The notes under the pieces were generated by a model that did not search any database, was not told the origin of the DNA, and saw only the letters and a list, made by a program, of their open reading frames with translations. A stretch of 64,000 nucleotides of DNA from a virus, in the IMG/VR virus record IMGVR_UViG_3300021093_000006; one strand, given 5' to 3'. Positions 47,326-56,343 of this stretch are shown piece after piece (the stretch's first letter is position 1; every line of letters begins with the position of its first letter). The position numbers were made by a program, and so were the translations under genes.

Positions 47326-49404
47326 ATGAAGAATTCTAATCTTTTTGAAGAGTTAAAAAGAATGAAATCTTTAATGGTTTATAAAACTGACGATTATAAA
47401 ACTAAAATATATGAATATGAATTATTAAAAGAAGATGATGGTAATACTATAGAAGTACCATTAAGTAAGAATTTTGATTCTGGTATGTGGAAATTACTAC
47501 CAAAAACCTTTGATAGCGATTTACAAAGTGCAGTTGACTGGATAAAAGAAAAATCAGAAGAAATAAAAAAACGTGGTGGTAAAATAACAAGCTCATCTAA
47601 AGTTTTAATAGTTCAGGTTGAAGCTAGTGAGTCTCAAGTACCTAATTATAACGGTGAAGTTGACCCCCCTAAAAAAGTTGCACCTGAATGGTTGTCAAGA
47701 AAACGTGCTGAAACTATTACAAAATATTTAACAAATTTTTTCACTAAATTAGTTAAAGATGGGACATTAAGTGAAATACCCACATTTCAAGAACCATTAA
47801 TAAAAATTGGTCCTACACCTTGGAAACCAGATGATGGGGATAAAGCTGATGATCAAAAATTTAAAAATGAACAATACATTAAGGTATTGGTTAAGTTTGT
47901 TCCGCCTACCGCATGTTTAGAAGGATTAACAATAGATGTTATATATAACAGAAATGAAGATCCTAGTTGGCCGTGTAGAGGTGGTCATGTATGTGATGAT
48001 GCTAAATTTAATGTATTATTGAACGGTGTTGTAATAGGTCTAGCCAATTTAAATAACGCAAATGATGGTGGATCTAGAATTAGTTCTTTTACTATTACTC
48101 CACAACAAGCAGTTCAAATCATTGATGCGACTTCATCAACATCAGATGGAAATATTTTAATTTCTTTTACGTGTGCCAATTCCACAGGTAGATGTCACTC
48201 TAGTACACCTGAAATTAGAATTAAAAGAGGTAATTCACAAACGGTTATTTATCATGCCTGTACACCTTCTATAAGTGAAGAAAATGATTATAGTGAGATA
48301 AAAGTTATGAAATTAGATGCTTGCGGTAACATCATAGAAAAAGGATCAGAAAAAAAGGCGGCACAAAAAGATGCTCAATTAATGAATCCACCTGCTGGAC
48401 TACAAAAAGGATGGTTAGTATACGATATTGCAACAAAAACCGCAGTTTTTAAACCTTCATCTTCGGCAACAGATGTGAGTGAAAATATGTATAAAAAATA
48501 CTTACCCCTTTACCATTACTCAAGATATGAAGCGGGTCAGGAACCTGAAATTTATAAAGGTAAATGTAATGAACCAAAAATATACGGTGGATACTGTTTA
48601 TGGAAAGGTTTAAAGGTTAAATATAAAAATGATACTTTTTGTGAAGGTGCTGAAATGAATGTATTTTATAATTTTGGTTCTGAATCTAAACAATATCCTG
48701 CGGCAACAAAACATATCACTGAAAAAATGAGAAATTATCTTTTAGATAATTGCGAATCTTCTAATTTAGAATTAACTGCAAATGATGTCATAAGAGTAAG
48801 TAAAGATAATCTACCTGATAAATTCAGTTTTAAAAGATTATACGCACCCCATACTATGACATCCGACCCAAAAATTTTAGGAGATACTGATTTAACACCA
48901 TTTAAATTAGTTCCTAACGAAAAACCAAATAAAATAAATTTTACACCAAAAGATTTTATAGATTTTGTAAAAAATATAAATGGGCCAGAAATAGATACTA
49001 TCGACCTTAATAATATAACCAAATTAATGTCAAAAACTTCTGTTAAAAATTTAAGTGATGGATCAAATTTAATTACTTTTAAATTATCTACTAAAGAAGA
49101 AAATTTAGGTTCAACTTTATTCCCAAATGCTAAAAAACTTGATGCGTATTTAGGTAAATATAATACTTATAAAAATGAAAAATTTAGTGGTACAGTTTTA
49201 TTAGGTAATGTCAAAGGAAAAAAATTATATTTTTGGGGTATATCAGTTTGGAGACGTTATGAAAAAGGTATTTTTGTGGAAAATAGTATATATGTAAAAT
49301 TACATACAAGTACAAGTGAAACTATTCCATCTTCTACAATTGCCAGTCTTTTAACTAGTTTAGGTTTTATTACAACTAAAAAAGATCATCTAGTATTAGT
49401 ATAG
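47326..49404 (+). CDS. Leader-cassette protein with an OmpA-like domain and a Cys-rich domain
   Basis: NLFEELKRMKSLM...LLKE leader; VEASESQVPN...LSRKRAETITKYL...EQYIKV is OmpA-like. Confidence 0.5.
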   Translation: MKNSNLFEELKRMKSLMVYKTDDYKTKIYEYELLKEDDGNTIEVPLSKNFDSGMWKLLPKTFDSDLQSAVDWIKEKSEEIKKRGGKITSSSKVLIVQVEASESQVPNYNGEVDPPKKVAPEWLSRKRAETITKYLTNFFTKLVKDGTLSEIPTFQEPLIKIGPTPWKPDDGDKADDQKFKNEQYIKVLVKFVPPTACLEGLTIDVIYNRNEDPSWPCRGGHVCDDAKFNVLLNGVVIGLANLNNANDGGSRISSFTITPQQAVQIIDATSSTSDGNILISFTCANSTGRCHSSTPEIRIKRGNSQTVIYHACTPSISEENDYSEIKVMKLDACGNIIEKGSEKKAAQKDAQLMNPPAGLQKGWLVYDIATKTAVFKPSSSATDVSENMYKKYLPLYHYSRYEAGQEPEIYKGKCNEPKIYGGYCLWKGLKVKYKNDTFCEGAEMNVFYNFGSESKQYPAATKHITEKMRNYLLDNCESSNLELTANDVIRVSKDNLPDKFSFKRLYAPHTMTSDPKILGDTDLTPFKLVPNEKPNKINFTPKDFIDFVKNINGPEIDTIDLNNITKLMSKTSVKNLSDGSNLITFKLSTKEENLGSTLFPNAKKLDAYLGKYNTYKNEKFSGTVLLGNVKGKKLYFWGISVWRRYEKGIFVENSIYVKLHTSTSETIPSSTIASLLTSLGFITTKKDHLVLV

Positions 49405-49412
49405 AAAAATTA

Positions 49413-49634
49413 CTAATCATAAGTCTCAAGTGTTATTTTAACACCTTTTAAAATTTTTCTATCTTCTTTAGACATTTCTCTCATAGTCTCTCTATGTGCC
49501 CTTTTTATTCTTTTTTTATATTCTCGTTCAGTAACATATTTACCATTACCTAATTTAACGGTTTTTTGACTAGCACAAGATGTAAATGTGATTACACTAA
49601 TAAAAAATAGTGTTTTAAAAATTAAATTTTTCAT
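49413..49634 (-). CDS. Small lipoprotein
   Basis: Signal peptide II MKNLIFKTLFFISVITFTS-C followed by a basic mature part. Confidence 0.65.
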   Translation of the reverse strand: MKNLIFKTLFFISVITFTSCASQKTVKLGNGKYVTEREYKKRIKRAHRETMREMSKEDRKILKGVKITLETYD

Positions 49635-49654
49635 AGTTTTTGATTTTATATGAA

Positions 49655-49686
49655 CAAATATATATAAAAGATTTTAAACTGCCAAA
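49655..49686 (-). promoter_or_regulatory. Bacteroidota-type promoter TTTG-N20-TATATTTG
   Basis: Plus-strand CAAATATA at 49655-49662 and CAAA at 49683-49686. Confidence 0.55.
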
Positions 49687-49743
49687 TTTTTTTACTATTT
49701 ATAAAAATATATTTTTTACTTATTATTAAATAAAAAATTTATT

Positions 49744-51000
49744 ATGAGTAAAATTAAAGTATTAGTTGTCCCAAGTGACAGAACAGGAGTTTCATATTAT
49801 AGATCTACAATTCCACACATTAAATTAGAAGAATATTTCCCTAATGAATTTCATGTGGACATTGATTACGAACCTGAATTAAATAATGATGAATATTTAA
49901 AAAAATATGATTTAATTCACTACCACAGAACGTTAGGGGATTATAATAATTTAAAGAATTTATTAGATAGGTGCGATAATTTAGGTATTGCAACTATTAT
50001 GGATATAGATGATCATTGGTCACCTGGTCCTGATCACCCAGCTTGGGAAATTATTAAAAAACATGAATTAGATAAAAAAATTCTTAATAATTTAAAAGTA
50101 TCTAAAAATATAACAACTACAACAAAAGTATTTGCGGATGAAATAAGTAAATACAATAAAAACGTATTTGTAATTCCAAACGCTATTGATACCTTAGAAA
50201 AACAATATCAAAATAATTCAGAAAAAAGTGACAGAATAAGAATAGGTTGGTTAGGTGGTTCTTCACATTTAAAAGATTTAGAAATTTTAAAAGGTTTAGT
50301 AAATAAATTTAAAAGTGATGGATTAATAGATAAGGTACAGTTTGTATTATGTGGGTATGATTTAAGAGGTACCTTTACCACAATTGATAGAAATACTGGC
50401 GAACAAAAACAAAGACCTATTAAACCAAAAGAATCAGTATGGTATCAGTATGAAAAAATATTTACAGATGATTATAAAATAGTAAGTGATGAATATAGAG
50501 ATTTTTTATTGACATTTGAAAATAAAGAATACCCAAATGTCATAAATGAACCTTATAGGAGGGTGTGGACAAAACCAATTACTTCATACGCCTCAAATTA
50601 TAATTTATTTGACATATCTTTAGCCCCATTAAAAGAAAGTAATTTTAATAAAGTAAAATCACAACTTAAAGTGATTGAGGCAGGTTTCCATAAAAAAGTA
50701 ATTATTGCACAAGACTTTGGACCATATCAAATAGATATTATTGAGTCTTATGAAAAAGGAGGAACTATCAACAAAAATGGTAATGGATTTTTAATATCTT
50801 CCGCAAAAAATCATAAATTATGGTATAATCATTTAAAAAGGTTAGTTGAAAATCCTAAATTAATTTCTAAGATTGGGGAGAATTTATACAATACTGTAAA
50901 TGGTAGGTATGATATGAAAACCGTTTGTCAACAAAGAAGAGAACTTTACAGTAAATTAGTTTTAGAAAAAAGAAGTTTGGGGGTTGATTTAGTAAAATAA
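49744..51000 (+). CDS. Glycosyltransferase (GT-B)
   Basis: GVSYYRS...MDIDDHW...IGWLGGSSHLKDL...FDISLAPLKESNFNKVKSQLKVIEAG. Confidence 0.7.
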   Translation: MSKIKVLVVPSDRTGVSYYRSTIPHIKLEEYFPNEFHVDIDYEPELNNDEYLKKYDLIHYHRTLGDYNNLKNLLDRCDNLGIATIMDIDDHWSPGPDHPAWEIIKKHELDKKILNNLKVSKNITTTTKVFADEISKYNKNVFVIPNAIDTLEKQYQNNSEKSDRIRIGWLGGSSHLKDLEILKGLVNKFKSDGLIDKVQFVLCGYDLRGTFTTIDRNTGEQKQRPIKPKESVWYQYEKIFTDDYKIVSDEYRDFLLTFENKEYPNVINEPYRRVWTKPITSYASNYNLFDISLAPLKESNFNKVKSQLKVIEAGFHKKVIIAQDFGPYQIDIIESYEKGGTINKNGNGFLISSAKNHKLWYNHLKRLVENPKLISKIGENLYNTVNGRYDMKTVCQQRRELYSKLVLEKRSLGVDLVK

Positions 51001-51026
51001 AATCACTATCCTTATATAAAAATTTT

Positions 51027-51590
51027 ATGGAACTAAAAGAAAAAATTATTAAAAACAGAGAAAAGTTTGAAAAAACTTCTAAAACTAATGAAATATTTAG
51101 TGAGTCTTTATTAAATTTTTTGGGTGAAGATTTATTTACTGCACCTGCGTCTAACATGGAAAGTATGTATAATGCCTTTCCTGGTGGATTAATTGATCAC
51201 ATTTTAAAGGTCACAAAATATGCAGTTGTATTAAATGACAGTTTACCAGAAAATTTAAGAGTAGATAAAAAATCTATTATTAAGGTTTGTTTTCTACACC
51301 AAATAGGTAAAACATATTTATTTAAATTTTGTGAATCTGAATGGCACAGAAAAAATACTGGTAAAATGTATGATTTTAATGAAGATTTAATCTCAATGAG
51401 AGTAGGAGAAAGATCCGCATATTACGCATTAACACATAATGTATCTTTAACAGAAGAAGAATATCAATCAATAATTAATTTCGACAAATCTGAAGAAGAT
51501 AAACAATCAAAATGGTATGGATCAACTTTATCTACTTTATTAAGGCAGGCTAATGAATTATCAATAATCGAATGTAAAAAAAATAAATAA
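51027..51590 (+). CDS. HD-domain-like protein (YhaM-like) with HD changed to HQ
   Basis: APAS...AFPGGLIDHILKV...VCFLHQIGK. Confidence 0.55.
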   Translation: MELKEKIIKNREKFEKTSKTNEIFSESLLNFLGEDLFTAPASNMESMYNAFPGGLIDHILKVTKYAVVLNDSLPENLRVDKKSIIKVCFLHQIGKTYLFKFCESEWHRKNTGKMYDFNEDLISMRVGERSAYYALTHNVSLTEEEYQSIINFDKSEEDKQSKWYGSTLSTLLRQANELSIIECKKNK

Positions 51591-52165
51591 TGGAAATAAA
51601 CGATTTAGATTCTTCTTTTGAACAAGAGTTAAGGCAATTAGAAGAATTGCAATCATTAATGTCACATATAGAATCTGTAGAAGGACAGAATTTACTTAAT
51701 TTAGACTTTAATGATTTTAAAATAAAAACAAAATTTACTAACAATTCTAATAATCCTGATCCTGAATATGCTAAAGTTGGGGACAGTGGATTTGATTTAA
51801 GGGCATTTATAACTGAACCTATAACACTTAAACCTCTTGAAAGAAAATTAATTCCGACAGGACTAAAATTTGAGTTATCTCCTAATACTGAATTACAAGT
51901 TAGACCCAGAAGTGGTATGGCATTAAAGTATGGTATATCGGTTTTAAATACACCAGGAACAGTAGATGAAGGTTATAGAGGTGACGTTGGGGTTATTGTA
52001 GTTAATCTAAGTAATGAGGATTATACAATACAACCTGGCGAAAGAATCGCTCAGGGTGTATTAATGAATGTAGTAGGTCAAGGTATTAGTGAATTAGTTA
52101 GGGTGAATAATTTATCTGAGACTAATAGAGGGGACGGTGGATTTGGATCTACTGGGGTTAAATAA
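51590..52165 (+). CDS. dut: Trimeric dUTPase with an acidic N-terminal extension
   Basis: All five motifs: GDSGFDL, RPRSG, GTVDEGYRG, ERIAQ and RGDGGFGSTG. Confidence 0.92.
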   Translation: MEINDLDSSFEQELRQLEELQSLMSHIESVEGQNLLNLDFNDFKIKTKFTNNSNNPDPEYAKVGDSGFDLRAFITEPITLKPLERKLIPTGLKFELSPNTELQVRPRSGMALKYGISVLNTPGTVDEGYRGDVGVIVVNLSNEDYTIQPGERIAQGVLMNVVGQGISELVRVNNLSETNRGDGGFGSTGVK

Positions 52166-52185
52166 CATTAAATAATTTTTTACTA

Positions 52186-52350
52186 ATGGGTAATGAAGTA
52201 TAGACTGATTTGGAAAATGCTATAGCTAACGAAAAGCGAGAATCTATAAGAATGAAAATTATAGAATTACTAGTAGACGAATACGTTGATGATGCCGAAT
52301 TAGGTAAGGCCGTTAGGGAATATGTAAATATAGAGAAAGATAATGATTAG
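52186..52350 (+). pseudogene. Small ORF interrupted by an in-frame TAG (or a 32-aa ORF from ATG 52252)
   Basis: MGNEV*TDLENAIANEKRESIRMKIIELLVDEYVDDAELGKAVREYVNIEKDND*; TAG at 52201-52203. Confidence 0.4.
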
Positions 52351-53992
52351 TGTAGTTTACTGTACTAGAGAAACAAACCCAAAACATAAAGAACACATTA
52401 TAAAAACATCTGGGTTACAGAAGAACATAGAAGTTATTGAAATCATAAATAACGGAGAATCCCTGACTAAATCTTATAATAGGGGATATAAACTAGCAAA
52501 AAACGATATTGTAGTATTTTGTCATGATGATATATTGATAGAAACTAAACAATGGGGTAATAAAATTAAAAAGCATTTTGATAAAAATAATGAATATGGT
52601 ATATTAGGTGTAGCTGGTAGTAAATATATGCCAATCTCTGGTAAATGGTGGGAAAAACCAAAAGCCATGTATGGTAAAGTAAAACATACCCACAATAATA
52701 AAAGCTGGCTTTCTGAATATAGTGTAGATTTAAATGACGGTATTGAAGAGGTAATTAATGTAGACGGATTATTTTTTTCTATACATAAAAATAGAATTAA
52801 TAATAATGAAAACCCATTCAATGAAGATGTTAAAGGGTTTCATTTTTATGATGTAGATTTCTGCTTTAGTAATTTCTTATCTAAAGTTAAAGTAGGTGTG
52901 GTAACTAATATAAGAATAAACCACATGTCTATTGGTCAAACAAACCAAGAATGGGAAAATAATAGATTACAATTTGTTGAAAAATATAAAGATCGACTAC
53001 CACAAAAGGTTAGGGATGAGTTTAAAAATAGAAAATTAAGAGTTCTTATAGGGTGTTTAAATTTTCAAGGTTTAACTGGATCAGAAATATCTACCATGGA
53101 ATTAGCTAAAGGTTTAGCTAAAAATGGTTGTGAAGTATATGTAGTATCCCAAATTGGACCTACATTTAAAAGAGAATCCGAAAAATATAATATCAAAGTA
53201 TTTGATCTAAATGAACCCCCTGGGTATAAAGTAGGTGATGGTAAATGGGGTATTAATACACCAGAAGGTTTTAAAGTAAGTCAGCCAAACATGCTTTATT
53301 TCATAAAAGACATGAAGTTTGATGTAATACATTCTAATCATACACCAGTAACTCAAAGATTATTGCAACTATACCCAAATAATAATTTTGTAAATATTGT
53401 TAGATCTGAAGTAATTGATCTAGAGAATCCAGTTGTAGATACTAAAATAAAAAAATACATAGCAATTAGGTCGTCGATCAAAGATTATATCGTAAATAAT
53501 TTTAATGTTGACGAATCCAAAGTTGAGGTTATATATAACCTATTTGATAAAAGTAGGTTTACTGAAAAAAAATTAGATAAGGGAACCGATAAAAAAGTAA
53601 CTTTATTTGTAGGTACAATGGATTATTTAAGGAAAAGTTCCATAGAGGATCTAATAGATAATTCAGAGGAGTTATGGCTTGTGGGTAAAGATACCATGGG
53701 GTATGCTCAAGAATATTCTAATATTTATGATCACGTTAAGTATTTCCCACCCACAGATAAAATAGAAGACTTTGTAAATAAATGTGACGAAACTGCTGGT
53801 ATATTTTTAGGTAGAACTACGATAGAGGGATTTTTATGTGGTAAGCCTGGATGGATTTATGTGGTAGATAAACACGGAAACTACTTAAGTAAAACTTTTA
53901 GTGAAGTACCAGAAGATATGTCCATATTCGATAACGGGCAGATTATAGAAAAATATAAAGAAATATATATAGACACCCATAATGAAGAATGA
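52343..53992 (+). CDS. Fused glycosyltransferase (GT-A plus GT-B)
   Basis: MISVVYC...VVFCHDDI...GFHFYDVDFC; second domain GLTGSEISTMELAKGL...GRTTIEGFLCGKP. Confidence 0.7.
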   Translation: MISVVYCTRETNPKHKEHIIKTSGLQKNIEVIEIINNGESLTKSYNRGYKLAKNDIVVFCHDDILIETKQWGNKIKKHFDKNNEYGILGVAGSKYMPISGKWWEKPKAMYGKVKHTHNNKSWLSEYSVDLNDGIEEVINVDGLFFSIHKNRINNNENPFNEDVKGFHFYDVDFCFSNFLSKVKVGVVTNIRINHMSIGQTNQEWENNRLQFVEKYKDRLPQKVRDEFKNRKLRVLIGCLNFQGLTGSEISTMELAKGLAKNGCEVYVVSQIGPTFKRESEKYNIKVFDLNEPPGYKVGDGKWGINTPEGFKVSQPNMLYFIKDMKFDVIHSNHTPVTQRLLQLYPNNNFVNIVRSEVIDLENPVVDTKIKKYIAIRSSIKDYIVNNFNVDESKVEVIYNLFDKSRFTEKKLDKGTDKKVTLFVGTMDYLRKSSIEDLIDNSEELWLVGKDTMGYAQEYSNIYDHVKYFPPTDKIEDFVNKCDETAGIFLGRTTIEGFLCGKPGWIYVVDKHGNYLSKTFSEVPEDMSIFDNGQIIEKYKEIYIDTHNEE

Positions 53993-54773
53993 TAATATTT
54001 TATTGGCTGGACCTTGGATAGGCGAATTTGGTTGGGAATTATTTTGCTGGCAAGGATATGTAAGAAAACTATCTAGACAATATGATAAGGTAATTATCAT
54101 AGGTAGACCAGGTAATAAGTATTTATATGAAGATTTTTGTGATGAATACATTGAATTTGATCCAGGCAGCTTTAAAACTGATGCTTGGAATTGCCAAGGC
54201 GCCAAAAATTTTGACCATATAATTAATTCTATTCCCCATACTAAATACTTAAATGGAATATTTGATATTGGGATGAGGTATACACATAATGGTGTAATTG
54301 ACAGTAAAAAATTATTTTTTACAGAACAAGAATTTTTTAAATATAATTACAAATCAGATAACACATTTGATGTCCTGTTCCATTGTAGAAATAAATCTAC
54401 TGGTTCTGAGAGAAATTGGGGTAGGTCAGAATGGGAAAAATTATATAATTCACTACCTAGTAATTTAAAAATTGGTTGTGTGGGTAATGATGAATCATTT
54501 TATATTAGTGGTACTGAAAATTTAAGGGGTATAAATTTAAAAGAATTAGTTGGTATTTTTAATAATACTAAACTAATTATAGGACCCAGCAGCGGCCCTA
54601 TGCATTTGGCTAGCTTATGTGGACTTAAGCACTTGGTTTGGAGTACCGAATATAATAGAATTCGGTATGAAAGAGATTGGAACCCATTTAATAGTGAAGT
54701 GGTATTTTATTCTGGCGGTGATTGGTCCCCAAAACATAGTGAAATAAAGGAATTGATTTTAAAAAATTTATAA
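53982..54773 (+). CDS. GT9-like (heptosyltransferase-like) glycosyltransferase
   Basis: RNWGRSEWEKL...NLKELVGIFNNTKLIIGPSSGPMHLASLCG. Confidence 0.6.
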   Translation: MKNDNILLAGPWIGEFGWELFCWQGYVRKLSRQYDKVIIIGRPGNKYLYEDFCDEYIEFDPGSFKTDAWNCQGAKNFDHIINSIPHTKYLNGIFDIGMRYTHNGVIDSKKLFFTEQEFFKYNYKSDNTFDVLFHCRNKSTGSERNWGRSEWEKLYNSLPSNLKIGCVGNDESFYISGTENLRGINLKELVGIFNNTKLIIGPSSGPMHLASLCGLKHLVWSTEYNRIRYERDWNPFNSEVVFYSGGDWSPKHSEIKELILKNL

Positions 54774-55712
54774 ATGAAAATATTATTTGTGGCAGTATTT
54801 ACACATAACTCTACCAATGTGTCTCAATCAAGGGGATTTAAAGAAAATGGTTGTGAAGTTTTAGAATATGATTATAGAAAAAAATTAATAGAATTTAATA
54901 ATGTCTACAACAGAGATTCTGATTTAATTGATGTTGCAAAAAAATATAAACCTGATTTAGTTATTTTTAGTAAATGTAATAATATGAGTTACAGAGTTAT
55001 TGATGAATGTAATAAAATTTCTAAAACTGCCTTATGGTATATGGATGCAATGAATAATTTTGATGGGGAATTAATAGAAAAAATAAAAAGATGTAATTAT
55101 TTTATTTGTGGTGTAGAGGGTGTAGTACCTCATGCTGAAAAATTTAATAAAAATTGTATATTCATACAACAATGTCCAGATGATTTAATGAATTTTTTAG
55201 ATCATGATTTAGAAGATAAATGGTTAGATGATATATCATTTATTGGGTCGGCAGACTCATCAGCCATACATGGGGATAGGGTCAAGTATATAAATTTTCT
55301 AAAAAATTCATTTAGTAGTTTTAAACATTACAATGGGGTTTATGGTTTGGATCATAATAAAATAGTTAACCAAAGTAAAATAAATTTAAACTTTTCACCA
55401 ACTGATGGTAGCGGAGTTTCAGTAAGAATTTTCAAGATATTAGCATCTGGCGGATTTTTAATGACTACGTCATGGAAAGACATGGAAAATACATTTATAC
55501 CTGGGGAAGATATAATAATTTTTAATAGTGAGGAAGAACTAAAAAATAAAATAGAGTTTTATTTAAAAAATGAAGATATAAGAAATAAAATTAGGCTTTC
55601 TGGGTACAATAAAGTACAAAATTATTTACCCAAAAGCTGGGCTAAAAATATTATAGATTATGTTACAAAAAGAGAAATACAATCTGATAATTATCATAGC
55701 ATCGTACAATAG
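54774..55712 (+). CDS. Glycosyltransferase (CgeB/DUF3880-like)
   Basis: DISFIGS...RVKYI...SKINLNF...SVRIFKILASGGFLMT...IEFYLKNEDIRNKI. Confidence 0.7.
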   Translation: MKILFVAVFTHNSTNVSQSRGFKENGCEVLEYDYRKKLIEFNNVYNRDSDLIDVAKKYKPDLVIFSKCNNMSYRVIDECNKISKTALWYMDAMNNFDGELIEKIKRCNYFICGVEGVVPHAEKFNKNCIFIQQCPDDLMNFLDHDLEDKWLDDISFIGSADSSAIHGDRVKYINFLKNSFSSFKHYNGVYGLDHNKIVNQSKINLNFSPTDGSGVSVRIFKILASGGFLMTTSWKDMENTFIPGEDIIIFNSEEELKNKIEFYLKNEDIRNKIRLSGYNKVQNYLPKSWAKNIIDYVTKREIQSDNYHSIVQ

Positions 55713-56343
55713 GTACGATATGTTATGTAACTTACTCAATAAAATTATAAAACAAGATAAAAAAATAAGTACTAAAATTATAGTTAATGATAATTATTCT
55801 TCAGATAATAGGTATTTATCCATAGGTCAAGAGTTTAAAGATGTAACCTTTTTAAGGTCAAACCATAATAAAGGTAAAGATAAATATTGGCAAACTATAA
55901 ATGAGTTATTAGTAGAAGTTAAAAAATACGATTTTGATTATTTATTAACCATACCAGATGATTTTGATACATGTGATCACTTCATAGATCTATTAGTGGA
56001 TGAACATAATTCCGCTAAAACAATAGACTCGCAAATAGTATGTACTACATACGCACATATAAGTAAAATTAAAAGATGGAATTTAACTTATTGGATGGAT
56101 GGGGATGGTTTATTTGACAAAATATTTTTTGATAAAATTAATTTCACCATTGACCCAATAAAGCCTACTGGTAAGAATGCAGGTAGTGGTGTATGGGAAC
56201 AGCTATCACAAAAAATAAACGCATTTAATTTTAAAATACATAAACCTAAAAATATATTTATAAATCACCTAGGACATACGGATTCTAAAATGCACCCACA
56301 ATTAAGAAAGGTGAAAAAATTAATAATAGAAAAAACTATATGA
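55660..56343 (+). CDS. GT2-like glycosyltransferase
   Basis: IIIASYNR...VNDNYSSD...LTIPDDF. Confidence 0.6.
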   Translation: MLQKEKYNLIIIIASYNRYDMLCNLLNKIIKQDKKISTKIIVNDNYSSDNRYLSIGQEFKDVTFLRSNHNKGKDKYWQTINELLVEVKKYDFDYLLTIPDDFDTCDHFIDLLVDEHNSAKTIDSQIVCTTYAHISKIKRWNLTYWMDGDGLFDKIFFDKINFTIDPIKPTGKNAGSGVWEQLSQKINAFNFKIHKPKNIFINHLGHTDSKMHPQLRKVKKLIIEKTI

